Positions 13,556 through 27,064 are shown, counted from the stretch's first letter. The stretch is 64,000 bases of DNA from Octopus sinensis (GCF_006345805.1 NC_043002.1:36146001-36210000); one strand, 5' to 3'. Notes: a model not told the origin generated them from the letters alone. Made by a program: numbers and translations.

Positions 13556-14960
13556 TGTTGTGGTGAGAGTTATGACACCCCTTGTGAGAATAGACTTGAC
13601 TGAATTGCTATAAATAGTAGCAGTCTGAATGTGACAGAGAGAGTAGGCATTGATCACAGGAAGTTGTAAGGTGTTGTTTTGGTAGATTGTTGGAATATCA
13701 TTTGTTGGTTTGTGTATAGTTTGAGGAGAGTTTTTTTAGATTGATACGTTGTTGTTACCCTACTTTGTTATATGTTATTGTTACTACACACTTACAGTGT
13801 AAACAAGTATATCACAAATAGTGGCGATACTACAATAATGGACAACAAGGATTCAAAGCTCACACAGGTCAGTTATCAAAGTTTTGTGGTACAAAGTTGT
13901 TCATGATGTGAGACTTATTAGCTTCTTTAATACAGTTGCAAAAACATCAGCAAGAACAGCAACAGGAGTTGCAGAAACAACAACTATAGCAACAAGAAAA
14001 TAACAACAGTTAATGGAGTTGTGTCTTAAGAAGTTTAGAAACACTGTAAGTTCATTTTCACCAGATGGCATATCAAACTCTATAACAAAAATCAGTTATT
14101 ACCCAGAGGAGGGTATAACGTTTCCCTATTTAACACTCGATGGGAGAGTTGGAATCTAGTTAAAAGAGAGAATGAAAACTTTGTCATGTATGCTGGGACC
14201 ATAAACCGAATGTGCAAAATATTTACACTGAAGGAACTAACTCCTGATAAGTTTAGTTGCCTGATTTTTGTACAAGGGATTATGGCAAACAAAGATGTGG
14301 AGATACATGCAAGAAATCTCATGAAACTTGAACAACTGGACCAAAGTTTAACCCTGAAGACAATTGCAGAGGAGTCTCAAAATATGGTAAACTTACATCA
14401 AGATGTAAAGAAAATTGAAGAGGGGTTCTCACAGTTACAAGCATGCTGACCTGGAATGTATAAACAAAAAAAATGTTAAGACCAAACCCATGCTATGGAT
14501 GTAGAGCCCTACATTTCAGGAAGAATTGTCCTTTCAAAATGCAAAAATGTTACAGTTACCAAAAAGTAAGACATATTGCAGAGCTAAGTTAGGAAGGCCA
14601 GACAAAAAAATTCTAAAGTTTTCTCAACAGAAAGTAGAAGCGGCACCAAAAAGAGGAAATTTGCACATGTAAAAGGAAATGAAGTGAATATTAAATTACA
14701 ACTAGATACTGGTAGCATCATCTCTATTTTTAATACCAACATGTGGATAAGAATTAGGAAAACTACGTTGAGAAAAACATCAAAAATTGCATGGGGCATA
14801 ACTGGTGAAAAACTACACTTTGTAGGCAAAATGTGGAGTGATATCACATTTCAGGGAAAAACCTGTAGAGCAAAAGATTTTGTAGCAAAAAACCCAACCA
14901 ATCTGTTCAGTACGAACTTTCTCCATAGAACACTAACAACTCAATCACTCCATCTTCTAT
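13556..14960 (+). mobile_element. Ty3/Gypsy LTR element fragment (5' LTR, PBS, gag, Zn knuckle, protease)
   Basis: TG...CA LTR-like 13556-13816, TGGCGA at 13822; gag-like ELTPDKFSCLIFVQG; knuckle-like PCYGC...H...C; protease LQLDTGSIIS. Confidence 0.8.
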
Positions 14961-15699
14961 AGCCTATTCAAATTCTTCATTATTTGCAAATGTTGTAACA
15001 TCTTTCCAAATTTTATGTAGATTTCATCCCATGACTCAATTATGTTATCCATAAAATTCAATATTTTGACATGCTTCAGAAGCCTTTAACCATAGGCTCA
15101 TACCCCTTGTCATTTGCTTTCATAAGTCACTTGAAAGTTCTCAATTAGCTATCACACATTGATCTATTAAATGGAGCAAAGAAGTTGTATTCTTGGAGAT
15201 GTATTCTACTCTCACATTATACAAAAGGTCATCTAAGTTCTCTGAGTGGCTTGGTGCATTGTATAAAAGGAGCAATACTTTGTTGGAAATATCATACCTG
15301 GCATTGAACCTTTCTACAGCAGGACAAAAAAATGTTTATAAACTACTCTTTGGAAAGACACTTATTCATCCATTCCTTCTTGATTGAACACCAAATCAGA
15401 AGTAAATTAAACTTTGTGTAACAATACTAATGAGTGTGTGTGTGTGTGTGTGTATATGCATTATGCAAGCCTTTCTAAATGGAATGTAATGGTATGTGAA
15501 CAGATGTCACCAAGTATAAACTAGGGTTTTGTCAATAAATGTAAAAATGTGTATTGCACAATCATTTTTCAAAACATTCAAAATTATTCATTTGCAATCA
15601 CTACCAGTTCAAGTAATGCTGATATGTTTAGCAATATGTGTGAAAATGCATTTCCTATGAATGATGAAAAGGTAGACCGGCCAATTTAGAGGAAATCAC

Positions 15700-16900
15700 C
15701 ATTGTATTACTAGTGAATTACAGCTGGCTTGTTGTTGCTGTGTGTTGTTATATCTGTGATGGTGGTAGAAGCAGTAATCCTCTCGTGCTGAGGAGACAGA
15801 TCATCAACTTCAGAAAATTATGTCTTGGATTTAGTTCAGCATCATGTGACTATACCAGCATACCAACTCAGTTTTCTCTTCAGGACACTACATCTGATTC
15901 CTCTTACACCAAGATTTTTCTTTCAGTACAATATAGATAATAGAAGCTATCAACTATATCTAAGGAGTATTCAGAACATTTGATTTGAGTTCACTATTCC
16001 AACATATCTGTCACATTCAAAGCCTTTATTCACTGTCAGCCAACAAGTGGTCTTATACACCATTTGTACAGTTAAGGCTCACATTAGGTACACACTATGG
16101 AATTTCTGCCAATTCCTTTTCTGCATATCTCATGTTGAGCCATTTCTATGATGGGAACAAGGTTCTGTCTTTTTCTTACTTTCTAAGACTTTTGTCTTTA
16201 CCAAGTTCTCTCTGAAGTTTCTCTCTTCTATATCACTTTTCTTGTGCACATTTACATTGTACACTCAGCAGAGCAAGTTTGCTTTATTTCTCTCCAGCTT
16301 TTGCACATCCTCTGCATTCAATGTATAGTCTCATTATGAACACAAACAATGTATAATCTATGCTACACTCAAAGAGAAAATCCTTTTGTTGCAGTAGAGG
16401 TGGTAGCTCTAGGTACTTTTACCACCCTTTTCTCATTCTGGCCACTGTTTTTCAGAACACATTCTTTTAAGCGATCAGATTTCCTTTGTACCCAAGCTGT
16501 AATCCCACTGCATTTTTGTGCACATATAGCTTACATTGTGTACAAAATATGGCATTCCTACTTACTTTTCGTCAATGTTAATCATGGACTGCTTCACAAA
16601 TGGCAGCAGAAATTTGTCTTTCTAGTTTACTAAATCGTTTGTCTTTGTTAGTTTACCTTAAGATCTCTTGATTCTAGGTTTTGATTCCACATTTGGAATG
16701 TCTTCCTCAACAGAGTCAGCTATGAGGACTAAGTCATCAGTATACAGAAGGTCTTACAGACAACTGATCTGAATCTCCACTGTTATGATTTATTGTATTA
16801 TAATAAACAGGAGGGAACTGAAAATGAAGCCCTGATTGACACCTACCTGACAGTACTCTACATTTTACATTGAATTTGCTGTGAACTTTCAACTAGAAGG
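15700..16900 (-). mobile_element. Fragmented RTE LINE RT pieces
   Basis: LYTDDLVLIADS at about 16720-16760; CRKGIGRNSIVCT at about 16090-16125; interrupted. Confidence 0.65.
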
Positions 16901-17578
16901 AAATTTATAATAACCATTTTATCCTCAAAAAGTGCTTACATTTCCATGCCTAATTTCCATTGTTAAGCAACAAATGAATATGTACATTTGAATAAGTGTG
17001 ATGAGGCAATAACTAATAAGTATGGAAACTCCTACAATATTCTTCATTGAAGCAAGCATGCTCCACTGAATGTACAATGTAAGAATACATGAACGATATG
17101 GTATAATGAACTGAGAGAAAAACTGTATAGAAGAGGAATCTGATGTAGTATACAAGAGAGATGACTATGTCAAACAGACATGTAATGTGATGAATGATAA
17201 ATGATGGGAAAATTGCTAAAAGATCCAAGTGGAAAGAAACTGTGGAAGAGAAGAGAAGACATGGGCTGCAGTGGTGAACCATACAAAGAAAATGACAAAG
17301 GAAAGCAACAAATGGTGTGACATTATAATGGAAGCGACCTGCACAAACCATGCAAACAGTAAAACTGATGTAATAAAGATAATAATAATAACGAAGATGA
17401 TGATTGTGTGTGTGTGTTGTGTGTGCGCTCGTGCATGTGCATGTCTAAACATCTGTCCAACCTTCTGCCTGTCTATGTGTGATTGTGTGTGTCTCTGTGT
17501 ATGACAGGTGTTATGAAAGTGAATGTATTTGTATGTATATTATTATTCTGAATGTGTGTATAGGAGGTTCTTTGTGTC

Positions 17579-17628
<50 letters not shown>

Positions 17629-17823
17629 AAAAGAGAGTGAGTATTTTGTGGTTGTTGCTGTGTTTGCTTAATTATTGTGTGGGAGTGTTGCTTATGTGCT
17701 TTGTGTATGTATGCATGTGAACTTCCTCTATATAATAAATAATATGCTTAATAAGGCACAATGACTGTAAAGATTGAAGGGTTTTACCATTGATGCTGAT
17801 ATTAGATATATTTTATTTTTCAG

Positions 17824-17856
17824 TTGATCCAACTCCTTCACCACAACCAACAGAAA
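17824..17856 (+). CDS. 4xVWA protein exon 3, 33-nt Pro/Thr linker micro-exon (VDPTPSPQPTE)
   Basis: Acceptor ttatttttcAG, donor A|GTAAGT, phase 1-1, keeps the frame between VWA1 and VWA2. Confidence 0.8.
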
Positions 17857-19001
17857 GTAAGTTCATATTTCTTTTTCTCTTGTCAAGCAGTACCAATAAA
17901 GCATATGTACTGTTGCTTGACCCGATGTCATCCCTGATCCAGCAGACCCATAATCAAAGGTGTTCTAGGTTTGATCAAATGTGTTCTAAGCTCAGCAGTT
18001 TTGAGGGAGAGGATATGACAATTGCATCAACTCCAATACCTGGCTGGTACTTTATTTTACTGATCCTGAAAGGATAAAAGGCAAACTTCAGAGGTCAAAT
18101 ACTGCCAACCATTTGAACTCAGAACATAAAAAAGCTGGCAGAAATGCCACTAAACATTTTTTCTGGCATGGTAATGTTTCTGCAAGCTTGTTACATTGAA
18201 CAATAGCAATAATAATTGTAAAATATGTTTTCTGGTACAAAATCACAAACATTTAGAGTCACGGTAATTTCAAACTGATCTTGACTGATAATTATTTTAT
18301 TAACTCCTTGATAGTTTAAAGATGAAATTAATCCCAGCAAGATTCAAATTCATAAAAGTGGCAGGAACAATAGTGCCTGAAATTCTATTTTTCTTCTCTT
18401 CAATGGCTTTCATACTAATAGATGTATCAGTTCCAACAGGTAATAATGTCTCTCTGAAAAGAATGGAGAAACAACTCAAATAAAGATTGCTAAAATGCAA
18501 AGACAGAAAACAGGATTAAACCTTATAACAGTAGGTGCATTGGGCATTATTAAAAAGGTAGCAGACAAATGCATATCTGGAACTTTAGTACTTACACATA
18601 TACAAAATAACACTACCAGGCAACATTTGCAAATTCCATAAATTGTTTCCAATACAAAAGAATATAAAAGTCAAAATTGAAGAAAACACCTTATGGGTTT
18701 TTGAATTGTGTTTGGGTCACCAACTGTAGAAAATTCAAGTGTTTGTAGGCATAGCAACTGATATGAATTATTTATAATTTTTCCTTTTATTTGCAACACA
18801 TCAACAGAGAAATATACCTCTTGGTAAACTAAAGTAATAATGATTATATAGCACATGGTTTAAGAATAGAAATTTGAGATAGTACATAATTTAGTATGGA
18901 ATATAATGGATCTTAATTTACAAAATCAATCCAAAGTTTATATAATAATAACATTGAAAAATACCTTAGGAATGAAAACCTGGGCTCAAAATTTCCCCAA
19001 G

Positions 19002-19045
19002 ACACCTGAAGAAGGCTAGAGGGTATATCAGCCGAAACATTGCAT
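19002..19045 (+). ncRNA. Eroded minimal hammerhead motif in a short repeat
   Basis: ACAC-CTGAAGA-A-GGCT(12 nt)AGCC-GAA-ACAT-T-GCAT; core intact, stems I and III mismatched. Confidence 0.55.
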
Positions 19046-19218
19046 TAACAACAAACAAGATGAGGGCAAATATCTGTCAAATGTAAATAATGTACATAAT
19101 TCTTCATCTCCTAAATATAGAACTGTAGAATATCAGTTGTAGCTACAGGAAATGCTGTTTAACATATAGTAATATTTACTAAATAATCACACAGTCAATA
19201 ATTTTTATATTTTTACAG

Positions 19219-19797
19219 TTTGCATAACACGACCAACTGATGTGATTTTTGTTTTGGATTCTTCGGATAGCATTTTACAGAAAGATTTTGACATTCAGCT
19301 CAATTTTGTTGTTGATATTGTGAAAAATGTCAATGTAAAGATCAGTGCCAATGAATCTCAAGTTGGAATTTATACATTTGCTTCTGGATTTGTTATGAAT
19401 ATTGGTCTTGGAACCTATAGCAATCAATTATCTCTGTTGAAAGCAATTAAGAACATCCAAAGACTTCACGGATCAACTAATACACATTTAGCTTTAAATG
19501 ATGTTCTCAAGAATGGTTATAGTAAAAATAATGGAGCTCGAACTGGTGTTCATCGTGTTGTGGTGTTAATTACAGATGGACAGTCAATATTCCCCGGCAA
19601 GACAGCTAAGGCTGCTGATGCACTCCACAAAGATAAAATTGACGTAGTAGCCATTGGAGTGGGAAACGCTATTTCTCAGCCAGAACTGAAAAAACTAGCA
19701 TCAACTTATGAAAAGATGCACTTGGTAAAAAATTATAAAAGTCTACAGACAGTTCTTGAAAAACACATCATAAAAATAACCTGTGTTCCCCGACAAA
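19219..19797 (+). CDS. 4xVWA protein exon 4, VWA domain 2
   Basis: Acceptor ttttacAG, donor A|GTAAGT, 579 nt phase 1-1; CITRPTDVIFVLDSSDS, GSTNT, VLITDG. Confidence 0.95.
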
Positions 19798-20421
19798 GTA
19801 AGTAAATATGCATTTATATTTTTTGTAATTTAAAGTATTTTACAATTGATAGATTTTTGTCTTAAGAATCACACTGCTAAAACAGCCTTTAATATACTTG
19901 GTTATAAGCCTTTAATATATACTTAGTAGTATATTATACTTGCAATATGAAACATTGTATCCCTACCAGTAATTAACATGTACATACCAGTTACCAGGAA
20001 TGTGTTTAATACGTAAAATTGGTTTATCTAATTGTGTTACACAGCTAAGTTTAGAATTTATTTGAGCAATGTGATTGTGAATGGTTAATGGGTTGGATGT
20101 GGTGTTGAGGGCGCAAGAAGCCCTGAAATATACATATACACCTGTTACATATTTTTTCTATCTGTGATTGCATTGTTTACAGAGATGTATTCATATATAA
20201 AATGTCATAACATTCAGTGCTGGCTCTAACCTCTATTGAAAATCTGTAGAGATAACTTTGAAAAGTGATCGCACTGCTAACACAAAGGTGCGACACAGCA
20301 ATGACTTATAAGCCTTTAATATACTTGGTAGAATATTATGGTTGCATATTGAAATACAGTGTCTCTACCAGCAAGGCACTAAACCGTTTCTTATTTTCTC
20401 TCCCTGTATATTTCTGTGTTC

Positions 20422-20457
20422 CTTTCTGTCGAAGAGCATAGGCTCAAAATGTAATAG
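20422..20457 (+). ncRNA. Heavily eroded hammerhead-like motif
   Basis: CTTT-CTGTCGA-A-GAGC(ATAG)GCTC-AAA-ATGT-A-ATAG; same layout as 31415-31449; CAAAATGT is CGAAACGT after two CpG transitions. Confidence 0.4.
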
Positions 20458-20569
20458 ACTTTCTCACTTCCCAAGCGTTAAACCAATACATCTGTTTGTT
20501 GTTTACACACCCGTCTTCATCATTTGGTTTTTTGTAAATTCTCACTAGATATATATATATACATATATG

Positions 20570-21135
20570 TAGTGCTGCAACATGGTTTAGCAACCATTAT
20601 CTCGGCCTATGCCCCTTAGCTGGGCTACCTGATGAACAGAAAGACTGATTTTTTGACACCTTCTTGCAGATTACCTCATCGACGAATGACAGGGACCTTC
20701 TTTTTGTGGCTGGCAACTTCAATGGGCATGCTGGACAACATGCAGAGGGCTTCCATGGCGTACATGGAGGCTATGGTTTTGGTTCCCACAATGAGGAAGG
20801 AACCAGACTGCTGGAGTTCTGTGATGCAAATGATCTTATGGTTTGTAATACTAACTTCAGGAAACCTGCCAGTCACCTATCCACTTACTGATCTGGTGGA
20901 CACACTAGTCAAATTGATTACATTCTCACCAGGAAACGGGAAAGATGGCTACTTATAAATGCCAAAACCTTCCCAGGTGAAGAATGCACCCCACAACATA
21001 GATTAGTAGTTAACGACTTCAGGATTAGGGCTAAATGGATGCCCAGAAGATGACCAGCATGGAGAAGAAGGGTCTGAAAGCTTAAGGATCCTGCGAGTGG
21101 ATAGAGATTTAAAGACGTATTGCTCAAAACATGGA
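20570..21135 (+). mobile_element. RTE LINE APE-endonuclease fragment
   Basis: AGNFNGHAG...GGYGFGSHNEEGTRLLEFCDANDL; QIDYIL; EECTPQHRLVV. Confidence 0.9.
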
Positions 21136-21139
21136 TGAT

Positions 21140-21938
21140 GGCTCACTAGCATTTAATGAGGCTGCAAGGAGAGAAACTTGGAGACACAACTATGAAAGGT
21201 TGCTGTGTTTACTTCACAAGTTGCAAAATTTGTGTTTTTGTGATCACATGTATGCTGTAGTTTGCAATATTATCATGGACAGGAACAAAGAGCCAACATG
21301 AAATTTTGCATTAAATTTTGGAAGTCTGCTACAGAGACATTGAGCATGGTTTGACAAACTTACAGACAACAAGGCAATGGGTGCTTCAAAAGCAGAATAG
21401 CATCCCTGGAAGACCATGAGTGATCTGGAAGACCTGCTGCAAGTGTCACCCTTGGAAATGTAGTATTGTGCATTGAGAATTTGTCTCCCAGAGCCAGACC
21501 ATCAATTGAGAGTTCTACTGCATTGTTTTGAAGTGTATGGCAAAAGCAACCAGATTTGTGGAGCACAAAGAATTGGATTCTTCACAACAATGCACCCTCA
21601 TTCGTGAGATTCTTGCCAAGAACAACATGGCATTGCATCTGCACCAGCCCTATTCACCAGATTTTGCACTTGTGGACTTCCATCTCTTTCCCAAGATTAA
21701 AATACAATTCAAAGATGGCCATTTTAAACCATTGTCAAGATCCAAAGCGAATTGCAAAAGATCCTCGGTTCCCTTATAGAAAATGACTTCCAGGCCAGAT
21801 TCCAAAAGTAGCAGGAATGTGGGACCAGTGTATTGCTACACAAGGTGACTATTTTGAAAGAGATAATGTTAAAACTTAGGTAAATAAGTTATTTTTTATT
21901 AAACATAACTAGTCCAGGAAACTTTTGATACCACCTCG
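21140..21938 (+). mobile_element. Internally deleted mariner, right TIR only
   Basis: QRANMKFCIKF...SATET, HQPYSPDFALVDFHLFPK; right end ...CTTTTGATACCACCTCG-TA. Confidence 0.8.
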
Positions 21939-22375
21939 TATGTATATACACACACAAACACAGGCACGCGTGCATGTGTGTGATTGCATCCATGTGCCTT
22001 CATAGTGACACCCTTTGTGTTTGAAGTGTATAGAATCTATTGTATATGTCATAGTTTTATAATTATACAGTGCATAAACACATGCAGCCACATATATATG
22101 TGTACCTGTGAAATTGAGTTTTCATAACTTGTGATAAAAGATTTACATTTTCAAGAAGTTTATTTCTATGAAACTTTGTTAATGTTATTTAAAGAAAGGT
22201 ATGAGCCATTGTATCAGTTCTATCAACAGATGATTCTAAATTGGTAACAACTCCCTTCTAAAGGCATTGCATTGATGTAACTAAGGTTCTTGAAAAAGGT
22301 ATGAATGTCACAACTTTTTGTCCTATCTGTTAATGACTTTCTACATATTTTATCTATTGTGATTTTTATTTCCAG

Positions 22376-22960
22376 TTTGCAAAGTTCAGCCCACCGATGT
22401 GATATTTGCCATAGATTCTTCAAGTAGCATATCAACAGCAGATTTTGCAAAGCAGCAGAAATTTTTGGCTGATTTTGTAAAATACAATAAGCTAGTCATT
22501 AGTGACAGCAATGTACATATCGGACTGTATACTTTTGCAGATAAATCTATTCAAAACTTCCGTCTCAATTCTTATAAAACAAAAAAAGATATTTTAGATG
22601 CTTTGAATAATCTTGTTCAGATACAAGGAGTCACATATACTCATCTGGTCTTGCAAGACATCTTAAGCAATGGTTTTAGTACATCATCTGGTGCTCGTGC
22701 TAATGCACACCATGTAGTGGTATTAATTACAGATGGCCAATCTGTGTTTAGAAAGAAGACAATTGATGCTGGCAAAGCCTTGCAGCGCGCTGGAATTCAA
22801 GTTTATGCTATCGGTGTGGGTAATGCAACTGATCATACGGAACTGAAAGCAATTGCTTCATCAGCAAAAACCTTCTTTACGGTCCCAGACTACCACACCT
22901 TAGATTTAATTGAGGAAAATATAAATAAAATTATCTGCAAAGATGCCAAGAATCAAACTG
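22376..22960 (+). CDS. 4xVWA protein exon 5, VWA domain 3
   Basis: Acceptor tttccAG, donor G|GTAAGT, 585 nt phase 1-1; CKVQPTDVIFAIDSSSS, GVTYT, VLITDG. Confidence 0.95.
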
Positions 22961-24076
22961 GTAAGTGTTCACTTTCTCCATATGCTTTTTCCTCAACTGC
23001 CATTTTATTTGATACATTTCTTTGCACTCATAGTTAGATAGGTACAGAACTTGTCACTACTTCAACTCTACAGAAATATATCATTACCATTACTACTACA
23101 ATGGTTTTATAGTTTGACCTCCTTAATGCAAAACATTTTACTTGTTTTTTTCTCTCTTCTGAATTCTTTATATTCTTCTTTCCATGTAAGCAAAAATGGG
23201 ATGCATTTTGTTAGAGAACTGTTTTTGCACCTAAACTGATTCCTGCAACTAACAATTCATTAATGAAGTAAAAGTGGAATGATGTTCATGGCTACTTGTA
23301 GCAATATGCCCATGTGGTCATTGGTCTAGCATTTTATACTCCACACTGTGACTAGAGAAATAGTTAAATCACAACCAACAATTCACTAACATTATTCAAT
23401 ATTTGGTTATCATAAATCTTTAACTACCAAGAGTAGAGAAATGATAAAAACAAAATAGTGTAGGAAAGTAAATGCCTTTTGATCAAAAATCCATCTTACG
23501 CCAGAAAAATCACCTTGTGCCTATCATTGATAGTATATTAACAGAAATATTTTTGTCTCGCTGAATTCCAAATCCAAGTCAACTAGGGTTGATTTGCCAT
23601 GGATTCTTCTGAATTTGATATAATCAATACCAATAGTACAGTGATTAATTCAACCATCTACACATCTTTTCTAATTGAAAATACCTTGTGCCTAGTCAAA
23701 AAATTATTTTTTCCTATATCATATGGCCTCTGGCTTAGTAATGCTACACAATCTGTTTAAAGTGTCTATATTTATACAAAACCTTTCGATCATAATTTTT
23801 CTATCAGGGCTTTATATTCCAAAGACTTGCCTAATAATAACAAAACTATTTTTTCTAAATCATTTCAAATTCTTGATTATTTTCAAAATCAATTAAAGCA
23901 CAGTGTATTTCATTAGAAAATGGATCATAATAGGTTAATGATTCTCTTTTAATAATAAATAAAACATAATAATAAAAACACAATTTTGTTTTTAAATTAT
24001 GCTTTGTGTTCCTTACAGAAGACAATTGATATAGTTATTTATAAAATTAATGCAAAAATAATATTCTTCTTACTAG

Positions 24077-24621
24077 GGTTATGTGAGGATGGCAGTGCAG
24101 ATGTGGTCTTCCTGATCGACACTTCAGACAGTACTACTAAGAAAGATTTTTCAGAGGAGATGAATATTGTTTCTGAGTTTGTAAAATCATTGAGTGGACT
24201 GGACAAAGTTAAAGTAGCTCTTATAACATTTGCTTCTCACTCTACCCTGCAGTTTTCACTGACTACTCATACTGCTAAGTCAAGCCTATTGGCACAACTT
24301 CAAAACATACAGAAATCTCCTGGTTCTACAAACACTGCAAATGCTTTGATGTTGGCTAAGGCAACTCTGAAATTAGGATCAAACAAACGTCAAGCAGTTG
24401 TCCTCATTACTGATGGAATGTCAGATGACTTGTTTGAGACTCAGCAAGCAGCTAAGGATCTTCGTTCTAATAACATCAATATATTTGGTTATGGCATTAG
24501 TAATTCTGTTGTTTCTGAACTGCAACTTATTTCAGGATCCATGTCAAATGTTGTTATTGGTGAAGTCTCAGAGGTGTCTGAGCAACTTGTGTCAAAGGTT
24601 CTTGATAGTCCATGCTCTTAG
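24077..24621 (+). CDS. 4xVWA protein exon 6 (terminal), VWA domain 4 and stop
   Basis: Acceptor cttcttactAG, phase 1; LCEDGSADVVFLIDTSDS, GSTNT, VLITDG, ends SPCS-TAG. Confidence 0.93.
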
Positions 24622-24754
24622 AAACAATTACACAAGCTTCTAAAATATATGCGTTTCATAAAAAAAATTGGCATTTCCAATTGAGTATTTGTACTTTTTC
24701 TTAAATAAATTACATAGCAAACAAATCATATTCCTTGTTTGTTCTGATCTCAAC

Positions 24755-24760
24755 AATAAA
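24755..24760 (+). terminator. Candidate polyadenylation signal of the VWA gene
   Basis: AATAAA about 135 nt after the stop; the region is AT-rich, so not unique. Confidence 0.35.
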
Positions 24761-26000
24761 ATAATGATTTCTTAAATCAGCAAAAGATGATGTCTTTGAT
24801 CATAGGTATGCATGAAACAATCAACTGAATCCGTTTCAGTACTTAACAGGTGTGAGATAACATACATGGTCACTCAATCAGCACCCAGATCTAAATAAAT
24901 TCACACCAGACATCTTGAAAAAAGGATGCATTGCATAATAAAGTGTGGGCTATACTTCTCAACATCATCGTTTTAACAGTCACTTTTCCACGCCTGCATG
25001 GGTCGAAGTAGATTTTCTACAGCCAGATGTCCTTCCTGTGGTCAACCTTCACCTGTTTCCAAATAAGGTAATATTTCCATGACCAGACAGTCACAGAATA
25101 TTGGAAATGAAGGACACCTCTTGCATTACAGCAACAATCATTTACAATGAACATGAGAAGAAAAGGAAAGGAAACAGTAACACACACACATGCGCGCACA
25201 CACACACATGCGCGCACACACACACACACACAGACAATAGGCTTCTCTCAGTTTCCATCTACCAAATACACTGACAAGGCTTACGCAAGGTGCCATAGCA
25301 TGATATTAAATCTGAAACTATGTGGTTGAGAAGCAAACTGCTCACCACATGTCTGAAGATTGGAAGGTCATCGTTGGAAAGATGGGATGGTCAAAGAAGG
25401 AAAACCTCTCTATAATCATAGGTCTGCTTAATCAAGTTAGATGGGCCTAAACAAAGACTGGTACTTACGTTATCAATTGTAGAAGGATGAAAGGTAAAGA
25501 TTTGGTGGATGGAAACACATAGAAGCCTTTTGTGCAGATATGTGTGTGTTTGTGTGTGTGTTGCCTCAATACTGGCAACAGGATACAAATATATGACTCC
25601 TTAACTGGGGACCAATCAATGCAGAAATCTATGGCACTTTTATATATTTGTTTTTTACACTTTGTTTTCCTGATAATTCCAATGAATTATCAACTAATGT
25701 CAAACTAAAATAGATTCACTAGAAAGTGGAAATTACAAGACTCTCGAAGAAATAGACACAATCATGGAGAAAGTACTACAGAATCCTACTGAAAGTAATG
25801 TTAAGTATAGTATATAGACTGGTAGACAATGATGCAGATGACTGGTAGCATGTGAAAGCAGCACAGGTGATACACAAGGAAGTCAAAATAGTAAATTTGA
25901 CTGAGAACATAATGAGATTCTCTGCAGAAGCACATAACAAAATATAGTCAAACTATTTAGTTAAATTAATGTATGTATATATATATAGTAGTAGTAGTAT

Positions 26001-26033
<33 letters not shown>

Positions 26034-27064
26034 CAGCAGCAGCAGTAAATTTGTTATTTGGAGGTCAAGCAAGTGAAACCAACATAGTGACCAGTGTTCA
26101 AAATTAGATACATTTCAGGGGATGGCTACCAATGATAACAACAAAGTAGTCAATGAATAAGCTCCCATGTAGTCATTTCATGTGGTAGAAATATCAGTCA
26201 AATTTCCTCAAATTATACCCTACCATTTAAGAAAAAGTACACATAGTAGTCCTAGATAGAGAGGAAAAAAATAGAATAACATTTGCTGCATCACTCTAAC
26301 CTAAGACTAAACAATAAATATTCTTCCAGGTCTGTTGAATCTGAGCTACTCAACACTAACAAATTGTTTCTCTGATCAGAGACAAAAAAAAAGACTCTAT
26401 AATGTATATATGAGGCAGTTAAAGTTATATGACAGTAAAATATAAATACAGAATGGAGAGGATTTTTGGAACTGGGGAGGATATGAAGCAACTGGAGTGT
26501 AAAACACTGATCCTACCCATTGTGCTGCAGCCAGGCTAGGGCATCACCTTCAGAGGTTCTAACCAGTTACTTTGACCCATTATTTTAAGTGGTACATATT
26601 TTATTGATCTTGTAAGGGAAGAAGGACAATGTCAACTAGATTAAACAAAATACTATGAGGTATTTTTGAGTAACATTCTGATTCTTGAGTGAATGAATTG
26701 AACAGAGTAAAACCAAAAAATACAAGAATGGAAAGGAATTGAAGATTAATGTAAATACAACTTGCAAAACAAAATATTTCATTTACAGCATCACATGTCC
26801 AAATTACAATAAGAATTACATTAGCTAAACAGGATCAAAATTAATAGATTGGGTTAGGGTGCATAAGAAACAAACCAAAGATATATTTCCTAGGAATGCT
26901 CCATGTAGTGGACCTCTAGACCAGTGTATCTTAACCTTTTTATCCTTAAAATAAATTACATGTCTCAAGGAACCCCTGCACAAAAAAAAATTATATACCA
27001 TATCTTTCTCATATTTCTTCATCGTAGTTCATGTGGTAAATGTCACAAACACACACACATAGTC

